Origin: Candidatus Uhrbacteria bacterium
GTDB lineage: Bacteria > Patescibacteriota > Patescibacteriia > UBA9934 > GWF2-40-263
Assembly: GCA_016844925.1 (NCBI GenBank)
Contig: JAERTI010000055.1
Location: 1,459-65,458 of the forward strand
Direction: 5' to 3'
Length of the DNA: 64,000 bases
This document shows positions 29,652 through 37,445 of this stretch, piece after piece (within the stretch, counting starts at the first letter, position 1; each line of letters begins with the position of its first letter). The notes below the pieces were generated by a model, which ran no database searches, was not told the DNA's origin, and saw only the letters and a list, made by a program, of their open reading frames with translations. The position numbers and the translations under genes are program-made.

Positions 29652-30491
29652 GTGAGGAAAATCCTCTTTCCCCTGCTGGTCGCGGCGGCCACGCTGCTCA
29701 CCGGCTGCTACGGAACGAACGTGGTCATCAACCCGGCGGAAGTCGGACGCGAGCTGAACCCCAGCGGGCTCAGCGAGACGATCCTCCAGCCGAGTTCCTT
29801 CAACCTCGACTGGTGCATGTACACCTGTCCGAAGCTGGTCCGCCTCGAGGTCGCCAAGGCCACCCGCGAGATCACCATCGAGCGCGTGTTCCTGCCCAAG
29901 AGCAACGTGGACCTCAGCGACGTCGAGATCGCGATGCAGTTCCGCGTCCGCCAGGACCAAGACTCCATCAACACGGTGTTCTCCGAGGTCACCCCGCAGC
30001 CCGCGGGTGTCGAGGACACCATGCTCATCTCCAACGAGATGATCTACGCCACCTACCTCGAGCGCATCGGCCCGGAGGCCGTGATCGAGGCGCTGCGTGA
30101 GTACACCGTCGAGGACGTGCTCTCCAACGTGGGCGAGATCGGCGCGCACTCGCGCGACATGGTCAACCAGCGACTGGGCGACAGCCCCGTCGAGGTGACC
30201 GAGCTCTCCTTCCCCAACGGCATCGGCGACCCGCCCGAAGAGGTCCTGGTGGCCAAGCGGCTGCTGTACGCGGTCGACGAGGAGAAGGCACGCGAGGTCA
30301 AGGCCCTGGAGGCCGAGCTCGCCGTGGAGGAGCAGCGCCAGGCCGTGCAGATGGCCCGCGCCAAGAACGACCTGGCCGTGGCCAAGGTGGTGGGCGTCCG
30401 CTACGACGTCTACACCGAGCTCAAGATCATGGAGCGCTTCGCCGAAGAAGAAGTGCCCCTGGGCTACATCCCCGGCGCCAGCGGCCGATAG
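29652..30491 (+). CDS. SPFH/Band-7 domain lipoprotein (cassette)
   Basis: Lipobox LLTGC; VINPAEVG; band-7-like core and C-terminal coiled coil; SD AAAGGAG plus GTG. Confidence 0.7.
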   Translation: MRKILFPLLVAAATLLTGCYGTNVVINPAEVGRELNPSGLSETILQPSSFNLDWCMYTCPKLVRLEVAKATREITIERVFLPKSNVDLSDVEIAMQFRVRQDQDSINTVFSEVTPQPAGVEDTMLISNEMIYATYLERIGPEAVIEALREYTVEDVLSNVGEIGAHSRDMVNQRLGDSPVEVTELSFPNGIGDPPEEVLVAKRLLYAVDEEKAREVKALEAELAVEEQRQAVQMARAKNDLAVAKVVGVRYDVYTELKIMERFAEEEVPLGYIPGASGR

Positions 30492-30503
30492 AAGGAGAAC
30501 GAC

Positions 30504-30887
30504 ATGAACTTCCTCGGACTGATTTCCTTCCTGGTCTTCGTCGCCCTCCTGATCGGCGGCGGTCTCTGGGCGATCCGTCACTCCATCACCCGTGAGGAGG
30601 AGGACGAGCGGAAGATCTTCAAGTACGGTGGCTGGGTGGCCATCGCCCTGGGGGTGTTCATCACCCTGGGCGTGCTCAACAGCTACGGCAAGATCGACGC
30701 CCCCAACCCCCTATCCGCTCCCGAAGCCGAGATCTCCTCGGTTCCCGCGGAGCGCGCCGAACCCCGAGCCCCCACCTTCGAAGAGGACACCACTCCCTCG
30801 GAGATGGAGAAGGCGCGGGAGGATCAGCGCAAGTCGGTGGACGAGTTCACCGAGCACACGAGCAAGGACGACGCGACCGACGAGTAG
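30504..30887 (+). CDS. 2-TM membrane protein, partner of the SPFH gene
   Basis: SD GAAGGAG; two TM helices and an acidic tail; terminator CCCTGGCC/GGTCAGGG-TTTTT. Confidence 0.7.
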   Translation: MNFLGLISFLVFVALLIGGGLWAIRHSITREEEDERKIFKYGGWVAIALGVFITLGVLNSYGKIDAPNPLSAPEAEISSVPAERAEPRAPTFEEDTTPSEMEKAREDQRKSVDEFTEHTSKDDATDE

Positions 30888-30966
30888 TCGCGCCCCTGCA
30901 CCCCTGGCCACACCGGTCAGGGTTTTTACATACAAAAAAATCACCGCTGCGTGCGGTGAGTTGCGT

Positions 30967-31851
30967 CTAGCCAGCGTCGGCGCGCTGGAAGGTTGCCCAG
31001 CGCCAGGGCGTGAGCCAGTGGGCGGTGAGCGTGGGCGGTATCTCGACGTCCTGCAAGCCAACTTGCTCGAGCTCTCGATCCTTGGGCAAGAACCGAGTGC
31101 CAAACACGATGTCCCACAGAATCAGGTTGCTGGAGAAGTTGGTGTTGGACTCCCCCATGACCTCACTGTGATGCCAGCGGTGCAAGTCGCACGTCGCCAA
31201 GATCCAGTTGAGCGGACCGAGGATCACGCGGATGTTGGCGTGCTGCATGCCACCGTTAATGGCCGTGAAGACACTGAACAGCACCAACGTCTGCGAACTC
31301 GCTCCCAGCAGGACCAGCGGCGCCACGGGCGCGAGGTACGTTGCCAGGAAGTTGATCGGGTGCAGGCGCGTGGCCGAGAAGAAGTACAGCTTGTCCGAGC
31401 TGTGATGCACCGCATGGATGCGCCAGAGCCAGTCCCACTTGTGCAGCGCGCGGTGCGCCCAGTAGAACCCGAAGTCGCCGATGACCAGCGCGAGCAAGAG
31501 CTCGAGCGAGAGTGGCCAGTGGTGTGGCCACAGGCTGCTGCCCGCCATCGCGGCCGCCTTCATGGATCCCCAGACCAGTGCACTGAAGCACACGGCCTGC
31601 ACTAGCGGCGGAAAGATCACCGCCGTGAAGATGAGATGCCAGAGATCCACCTTCACTTCACGGCGCCCTACGCGCCAGTCCTCTCGGTGCGGCATGCACA
31701 CCTGCACGATCATCACCGCCACCCCCGCCACAATGGTCGTGGCAAAGGTGATCAGCGTCTCGTCCACCCCCAACGTCAGCAGCGATCCAGCTGTGACCAG
31801 GGCGATCAGCAGAACTCCCGGGTACAGCGCGTGTTCAATCAGCTTCATCAT
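30967..31851 (-). CDS. Sterol desaturase/fatty acid hydroxylase family protein (cassette)
   Basis: His boxes YWAHRALH, WRIHAVHHS, HANI, LHRWHH, NFS..LILWDIVFGT. Confidence 0.9.
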   Translation of the reverse strand: MMKLIEHALYPGVLLIALVTAGSLLTLGVDETLITFATTIVAGVAVMIVQVCMPHREDWRVGRREVKVDLWHLIFTAVIFPPLVQAVCFSALVWGSMKAAAMAGSSLWPHHWPLSLELLLALVIGDFGFYWAHRALHKWDWLWRIHAVHHSSDKLYFFSATRLHPINFLATYLAPVAPLVLLGASSQTLVLFSVFTAINGGMQHANIRVILGPLNWILATCDLHRWHHSEVMGESNTNFSSNLILWDIVFGTRFLPKDRELEQVGLQDVEIPPTLTAHWLTPWRWATFQRADAG

Positions 31852-31884
31852 TACCCCCTATCCGAGCCCGAGCGGCTCGAAGCC

Positions 31885-31949
31885 AGATTGTCACGCACAT
31901 GCGTGAGTGTCAATAAAGAGTTGACAAGCCCCCCTTGGGGCCCTAACCT
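31885..31949. promoter_or_regulatory. Back-to-back divergent sigma70 promoters
   Basis: Minus: TTGACA(31913)-N17-CAATCT; plus: TTGACA(31921)-N17-TAACCT; both spacers palindromic. Confidence 0.65.
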
Positions 31950-31975
31950 CCAATCACCTGCGACTGGAGATTGAC

Positions 31976-32803
31976 ATGCAGAGAATCTTGGAGATTGCGC
32001 AGAAGGCCGCCAAGGCCGGCGGGCAAGAACTCGCCCGATTCCGTGGTGAGAGGATCGCCCTGGAGAAACGCACCAAGCTGGACGGCTCGGTGGTCACCGC
32101 CGCCGACGGTGCGGCTTCCGTCGTGATCCGAGATGTCATCCTGGCCCACGACCGCGACGCGTTCATCGTGGACGAAGAAGACCCGACCTCGCACGATCGC
32201 GAGCGCCCGGACCGCATGTGGGTCGTGGACCCCCTCGACGGAACCCGCACCTTCGCCAGCGGCAGGGATGGCTACTGCACCCTCGTCGGCTACGTGGTAG
32301 ATGGTGTCCCCCGCGTGGGAGTCATCTACTTCCCGGACACGAAGATCATCGTCTACGGCGGCAAGGGTCTCGGCGCGTGGATCGACGCCCCGTCGCTCAC
32401 CAGGCCCACCCGTCTTGCGGGATGGTCGCCTGAGGCCCTCGAGAACAGCAGGCTGTTCATCCCGGACAAGCCCGAGGCGCGTGAGCTCTACAAGCGCCTG
32501 ACCACCGCGCTGGGCACCAACCAGCTGGAAGGTCAGAACATCGCAGGGGCCATGTACCTGGCCCTGCTGCGCAACGCCTGCGAGTTCGTCATCACCCGCA
32601 TGGACAACCCGTTCATCTGGGACATCGCGGCCCCGCACGCCCTCCTGCTCGCCATCGGTGGCGACATCGTGAACCTACGCGGAGAGCCCATCGACTACCA
32701 GAGAACCACCCTGCTGGAGCACGGCACGATCGGAATGATCCACCCGCACCTCCTCCCCCAGATCCTCGAGCGTCTTCCCCCACTGGAACAGATGCGGATC
32801 TGA
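31976..32803 (+). CDS. Inositol monophosphatase/CysQ family protein (cassette)
   Basis: KLDGSVVTAAD, DEE, WVVDPLDGTRTF, WDIAAPHALL. Confidence 0.88.
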   Translation: MQRILEIAQKAAKAGGQELARFRGERIALEKRTKLDGSVVTAADGAASVVIRDVILAHDRDAFIVDEEDPTSHDRERPDRMWVVDPLDGTRTFASGRDGYCTLVGYVVDGVPRVGVIYFPDTKIIVYGGKGLGAWIDAPSLTRPTRLAGWSPEALENSRLFIPDKPEARELYKRLTTALGTNQLEGQNIAGAMYLALLRNACEFVITRMDNPFIWDIAAPHALLLAIGGDIVNLRGEPIDYQRTTLLEHGTIGMIHPHLLPQILERLPPLEQMRI

Positions 32804-32859
32804 ACGCCCCGCCTAAGGCCTAAAACCAAAGGCGGATTTTTGTTATCCACACCCAACCC

Positions 32860-32905
32860 TTGCGTTCGGTTTTTGTTCGGTGCACAATGCGAACAGAAAG
32901 CGAAC
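32860..32905 (+). promoter_or_regulatory. lexA promoter with two oppositely oriented direct-repeat LexA boxes
   Basis: TTGCGT-N17-CACAAT; GTTC-N7-GTTC (32864-32878) and GAAC-N7-GAAC (32891-32905); DnaA-type box TTATCCACA at 32843-32851. Confidence 0.75.
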
Positions 32906-32914
32906 AGCAAATCT

Positions 32915-33529
32915 ATGTCCAATCTCACAAAGAAACAATCAGAAGTGCTCAAGATCATTCGCCAGCACCTCGACACCGAAGGCTACGCCCCTTCGTACCG
33001 AGAGATCGCCGATGCTCTCGGCCTCTCCTCCCCCTCCACCATCCACGCGCATGTTCAAGCACTCGTGGAGAAAGGCCTGATCGCCACCGGTGAGGATGGT
33101 CGCGCACGCTCCATCGAGCTCGTCGACGAATCTCCTAAGGGACCTTCCGTCATGCTACCGCTTATGGGCATCATCACCGCTGGTCAACCTATTGAGGCTG
33201 TGGAGGACAATGAAGCCATGGCCGTGCCAGCAGACTTTGTCCTGGACGGCTCCAACTCATTCGTCCTGCGGGTAAAGGGCCGCTCCATGATTGAAGACGG
33301 CATCCTTGATGGAGACTTCGTCGTCATCGAGCGCAACCCTTCACCACGCAACGGTGAAGTCGTCGTCGCGCTGATGGACAATGCTTTTGCCACACTGAAA
33401 CGATTTTACCGAGAAAGAAACCGTATCAGACTTCAACCCGCAAACAGCACCATGGAACCAATCTACGTCCAAGATTGCATCATCCAAGGCGTTGTCCGAG
33501 CTGTCATACGAAAATTCCAACCAGTGTAG
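32915..33529 (+). CDS. lexA: SOS repressor LexA
   Basis: LTKKQ, PSYREIA, ITAG cleavage site, VKGRSM catalytic Ser, ATLKRF, LQPAN. Confidence 0.95.
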   Translation: MSNLTKKQSEVLKIIRQHLDTEGYAPSYREIADALGLSSPSTIHAHVQALVEKGLIATGEDGRARSIELVDESPKGPSVMLPLMGIITAGQPIEAVEDNEAMAVPADFVLDGSNSFVLRVKGRSMIEDGILDGDFVVIERNPSPRNGEVVVALMDNAFATLKRFYRERNRIRLQPANSTMEPIYVQDCIIQGVVRAVIRKFQPV

Positions 33530-33534
33530 TGAGA

Positions 33535-34006
33535 CGTTTGGCCTGATTCGATAGCGAAGGGATCACGCAATCGAATCAACACAAACGAAAAAGCGCTCCG
33601 TCCGGCAAGACATTGAAGCGCTTCTCAGGAACTACCTAGTTACGCCACGGGACGATTCCCGCGCGTATGGCAGCTTTTGAATTGTAAACACAGGAGGGCT
33701 TGGAGAGCAAATGTCGGGATGCTCTCTAGGCCTAACCTCATCTAGTCCGGAGGTTCCGCTGCAAGGCTGGGGACAGGAAAGACCACACTCTGCTGGGTGC
33801 CAGAGTCGTCACGTCCGAGATCCTCTTTGCGGCCGAACCTTCGTCCTAGACGACGATGATCCCTTAATTCACAAAAAATATAGACTGTTTCAAAAATCGA
33901 TGAGATTGCCTTGAATGGGCTGCCAACCCTGAAGATGTACTAACAGGTACATTGAAGGGATGGCTGGGCGCCCATGAAAGGCAAGATCGCTATTTTTGGA
34001 AGAGTC
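33535..34006 (+). ncRNA. Candidate ~470-nt highly structured RNA within the SOS operon
   Basis: Six consecutive stem-loops, two of them >100-nt rods; G-U pairs on + strand; no credible ORF. Confidence 0.6.
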
Positions 34007-34010
34007 ATCC

Positions 34011-34199
34011 ATGCTTATGTCTTCTGCAGCTTTACGCCACACGGCCATCACCCTCTCGTTCCTTCCCTACAAACGGGACCGTCGTCTTACAAAAAACATA
34101 CGTTCCCTCCGTCTCCGTGCCTCTCGCCGGCGTGCGAAGCAGGCCATGCGTCACGTTCTTACTCGCATGAAAACCGCTGGCTATGCACGAACTTCTTAA
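34011..34199 (+). CDS. Small highly basic protein
   Basis: RRLTKNIRSLRLRASRRRAK; overlaps next gene; start 34011 or TATG 34017. Confidence 0.45.
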   Translation: MLMSSAALRHTAITLSFLPYKRDRRLTKNIRSLRLRASRRRAKQAMRHVLTRMKTAGYARTS

Positions 34200-34431
34200 T
34201 GACCCTGTGGACGTGATGGTCTCATTTGCAGACAATCGCGTCCTTCCACGCACCATGCGCTGGAATCAGAAAGACTACAAGATCGAGAACATTAACCTGG
34301 TTCACACCGTCCGTGAGGGTCGTAAGAAAGTCTTCTACTTCTCTGTCTCAGACCTCAACAACTATTTCAAACTCAAACTTGATCCAGAGAATCTCGATTG
34401 GAGACTGGTGGAGTTGTATACGGATGGATAA
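34183..34431 (+). CDS. Small SOS-cassette protein (DUF6504-like beta protein)
   Basis: P..MRWNQKDYKI....H..REG....YFSV......F.L..D....W.L pattern typical of CPR lexA-dinB loci. Confidence 0.7.
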   Translation: MHELLNDPVDVMVSFADNRVLPRTMRWNQKDYKIENINLVHTVREGRKKVFYFSVSDLNNYFKLKLDPENLDWRLVELYTDG

Positions 34432-34433
34432 GA

Positions 34434-34454
34434 AAAAAGCATCCGTAGATGCTA
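34434..34454 (-). terminator. Intrinsic terminator of the GNAT cassette
   Basis: Minus: AGCATC-TACG-GATGCT-TTTTTC (cUACGg tetraloop). Confidence 0.75.
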
Positions 34455-34931
34455 GTGATGGAGCCGAAGCTCGAAGTGTCGATCTGAGCCGTCGACTAGC
34501 GTGAAGCCGAGCTTCTGGTAGAGAGACCGTGCGGCTTCGTGCCAGGGCTCGCTTACGAGCCTGATGACCGCAAGCCGTGGCCGAACCTCACGGGCTTGCG
34601 CCAGCAAGTCCTCCATGACCACACGCCCAAGGCCGCAGCCTCGGAAGTCGGTGTCGACCAGAACGTACTCAACGCTGCCGACACCCTTGCGCCAGTCGTA
34701 ACTCACCATGAGCAGGGCCACCGCGACCATCTGGCGGGTCTCTCGCTCACGAATGATCGAGATGCGTGTCCGCGTGCGGTCCATGAGCCTGGCCTGGAAC
34801 AATGCGTCGCGATACTCCAGATCTCCAGAGCGAAGCAGATCCTGCCCACGTTCGTTCAGAAACGTCAGGCAATCTCGGTAGTCTTCCAGCCGAGCGGCTG
34901 CGATTCTGAAACGATCATCGTCAAAGGGCAT
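34452..34931 (-). CDS. GNAT acetyltransferase (cassette inserted antisense in SOS operon)
   Basis: VLVDTDFRGCGLGR, AARSLYQKLGF; perfect SD TAAGGAGGTG before ATG 34931. Confidence 0.85.
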   Translation of the reverse strand: MPFDDDRFRIAAARLEDYRDCLTFLNERGQDLLRSGDLEYRDALFQARLMDRTRTRISIIRERETRQMVAVALLMVSYDWRKGVGSVEYVLVDTDFRGCGLGRVVMEDLLAQAREVRPRLAVIRLVSEPWHEAARSLYQKLGFTLVDGSDRHFELRLHH

Positions 34932-34983
34932 GATCACCTCCTTAGAAAAGACCCTACCAGACCCTCATGACCCGTCAATCACC

Positions 34984-36216
34984 ATGAACCGCATCATCCT
35001 CCATATCGATTTTAATTCTTACTTCGCCTCTGTTGAACAGCAGGCGAATCCTTTTTTACGGGGAAAGCCCATCGGCATCACGGGCAAGCAAGTAGAGCGT
35101 TCTGTCATTACGACGGCGTCGATTGAAGCCAAAGCTCTCGGGGTAAAAACCGCCATGAGCACCTGGGAGGCAAAGAAGATTTGCCCCTCCCTCATGCTCT
35201 GGCCCGGGGACCCAAAAAAATACGCCGCCATCACAGAACGTTTCAATTGCATCCTTAAGGAGTTTAGCCCCAACGTCTCTCAGTTCAGCGTGGACGAAAG
35301 TTTTTTAGATATTACAAACGAGGCTGAAGACTATTTTGGCGCCACCTGCCTTGCGCAGGCTCTACGTAAGCGACTCCAAGAAGAGTGCGGTGAACACATC
35401 ACCGCTTCCATTGGCATTGCTCCAAACAAGCTCATGGCAAAACTTGCCTGTGAATCCGTGAAACCAAACGGACTCACCGTTGTGCGCTCAGAGGATCTCA
35501 TTTCTTTTATCGACACAAGACCACTTCCCGCACTCTGCGGCATCGGCAGGCGCATCGAGGCTCGCTTAAACGCCTTGGGCATCGAGACGTTCAAACAACT
35601 TCGTGAGTTCCCTCTGGAGGACCTGCAAACTGAGTTCAATAGCTACGGCACCTGGCTCCACGAAGCCGCCCATGGCCGCGACTCATCGGCTGTTGTCTCC
35701 TCAACCCAAAAAGGCATTCGCAACATGCACTCTGAAGATGTGAAGTCGTACGGCCACTCGTACACCCTCCCCCAAGACACCTACGACCCCCTCGTTCTCA
35801 AACGTTACCTTCTGGGTCTAGCGGACAAAGTTGCCTGGCGCATGAGACGTGACGGTATTGTCTCTCGCCGTGTGAGTGCCTTTGTACGCTTCGGTGATTT
35901 CTCAAGCCACGGCGAACAACGAACCTTTCACGCCCCTACCGCCAACGGACTCAAACTTTTTCAAATCGCCTGGAACATTATCCAGCCCCACCTTGGGTAC
36001 ACTCCCGTCAGACTTGTCGGTCTCTCCGCCTCACAGCTCACGCAAGGCCCCGAACAACCACCTCTATTTAAAAAAGACCGAAAGATCCTTTCCGTCTTCT
36101 CTTCTCTTGATACCCTCCAGCACCGCTACGGCTCCGGCGTCTGGCAACGCGCCTCAACCCTCTCCGCAAAGTTCAAAACTCGCTCCAGCGGGTTTCACTA
36201 TGATCATGAAGTCTAA
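34984..36216 (+). CDS. dinB: DNA polymerase IV (Y family)
   Basis: ILHIDFNSYFASVEQ, SVDESFLD, SIGIAPNKLMAKLA, KPNG, KSYGHSYTL. Confidence 0.93.
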   Translation: MNRIILHIDFNSYFASVEQQANPFLRGKPIGITGKQVERSVITTASIEAKALGVKTAMSTWEAKKICPSLMLWPGDPKKYAAITERFNCILKEFSPNVSQFSVDESFLDITNEAEDYFGATCLAQALRKRLQEECGEHITASIGIAPNKLMAKLACESVKPNGLTVVRSEDLISFIDTRPLPALCGIGRRIEARLNALGIETFKQLREFPLEDLQTEFNSYGTWLHEAAHGRDSSAVVSSTQKGIRNMHSEDVKSYGHSYTLPQDTYDPLVLKRYLLGLADKVAWRMRRDGIVSRRVSAFVRFGDFSSHGEQRTFHAPTANGLKLFQIAWNIIQPHLGYTPVRLVGLSASQLTQGPEQPPLFKKDRKILSVFSSLDTLQHRYGSGVWQRASTLSAKFKTRSSGFHYDHEV

Positions 36217-36226
36217 TCCCTTATCA

Positions 36227-36255
36227 TTGACATAAGGGATGAATTCCTCTATATT
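36227..36255 (+). promoter_or_regulatory. Sigma70 promoter with inverted repeat around -35
   Basis: TTGACA-N17-TATATT; ATCCCTTAT(36216)/ATAAGGGAT(36240). Confidence 0.75.
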
Positions 36256-36337
36256 CACCAGCCTCTCACCCCAGTCGAGAGGTCCCGTTAACCCTAACCA
36301 AGGAGGTGCCATGACGACCATAAAGTAAGGAGGTCGC

Positions 36338-36661
36338 ATGGTGAGAACCGCTTGGCTCTCGATCGAGCACATCGCTGTTTCTTCCAAGCAGCGCAAGAAG
36401 GTGTCCCCCAAGAAGGTGGAGAAGCACCGCAAGGCGTTTGAGGAAGACCGATTCGTCGAGCCCATCGACGTCGTGTCCTGCAGGACCGATGAGAAGGAGC
36501 GCTACCGCATCCTCGGCAACGGCCGTCACCGCTACTTCGGCGCGCTGGAAGCCGGCATGCCGCTCATCGAGTGCAAGATCCACGACTCGAGACACGAAGA
36601 CTGGGATACGCACAACCACCCCTCCGCCCCCCAGGGCGAGCGGGTGTTTTTCTTTTTTTAA
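36338..36661 (+). CDS. Stand-alone ParB/Srx N-terminal-like domain protein (cassette)
   Basis: PIDV...YRILGNGRHRYFGALEAG; SD TAAGGAGGT. Confidence 0.7.
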   Translation: MVRTAWLSIEHIAVSSKQRKKVSPKKVEKHRKAFEEDRFVEPIDVVSCRTDEKERYRILGNGRHRYFGALEAGMPLIECKIHDSRHEDWDTHNHPSAPQGERVFFFF

Positions 36662-36666
36662 AAATC

Positions 36667-37443
36667 CTACTCACCACCCACCTTCTTTATCCAGTTATCT
36701 AAATAAACTTTCACCTGATCCAGGCATCCTTGCTCTCGATATGAGTGACCAGCACCTGAAATAACATGAAGCTCTTTCTCTCCAGGAAGAACATCAAATA
36801 ATTTTTGTTGGTGCCTGGGGGGCGTACCTTCGTCTATCTCCCCAACAATAAGCAAAACGGGCATCGTGAGTTTCTTTGCGTCTTTCAGCAGGTCGTACTT
36901 AAGACGGTCTTCCATATGCGACCACGGGAGCCGCAGCTCAACACCAGGTTTTGATCTGCTCATCCGCGTCTGCCATCCTGTTTGCTTCCATTTATCGTCA
37001 TCCTCAGGGCGATGTGCCTCCTGAGACAACGCTCCGGAAATCACTGACGATATGGGGGCCAAGCCCATGATCTCTTCTGGGTGCTGCTCGGCATAGAGCG
37101 CCGTCGAGATACCTCCCAAACTATGCCCCACCAAAAAGAATGGAGCGCTGTACCAGTCTTGTGACTTCGACCAACTGATGACATCTTCAAGGTCGCGATA
37201 ATAACTCGTAATGGTCGCATCCTCATATCGTCCACCACTCTCGCCGATTGTATCTGCTGTGTCGAATCGAACTGTTGTAAACCCGTTATCTACAAAACAA
37301 CGTGCAAACATCTCGACATGCACCTGCTCCTTAAACCCACCAAGCCCATGCATCACAAAAGCAAGTCCACGAGATGCTTCGGGTTGCTCGATCACCACCG
37401 CAATCTTCTGACCTCTTCGATTCTCAATAAAAACCTTCTCCAT
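36667..37443 (-). CDS. Alpha/beta hydrolase
   Basis: MHGLGG, GHSLGG, IVGEID, GAGH. Confidence 0.9.
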   Translation of the reverse strand: MEKVFIENRRGQKIAVVIEQPEASRGLAFVMHGLGGFKEQVHVEMFARCFVDNGFTTVRFDTADTIGESGGRYEDATITSYYRDLEDVISWSKSQDWYSAPFFLVGHSLGGISTALYAEQHPEEIMGLAPISSVISGALSQEAHRPEDDDKWKQTGWQTRMSRSKPGVELRLPWSHMEDRLKYDLLKDAKKLTMPVLLIVGEIDEGTPPRHQQKLFDVLPGEKELHVISGAGHSYREQGCLDQVKVYLDNWIKKVGGE

Positions 37444-37445
37444 AC

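Noticed and set aside
18967-30581. Long antisense or alternate-frame ORFs (18967-20004, 21098-21871, 29604-30581; also 12514-13446, 30592-31605, 57528-58343)
   Set aside because: Shadow ORFs expected from GC3-biased codons of the real genes; no motifs or start signals.
33771-33790. CAGGAAAGACC resembling RNase P GAGGAAAGUCC; AAATATAGAC (33876) resembling a group I intron S element
   Set aside because: No matching 3' P4 partner or R element found; imperfect matches only.
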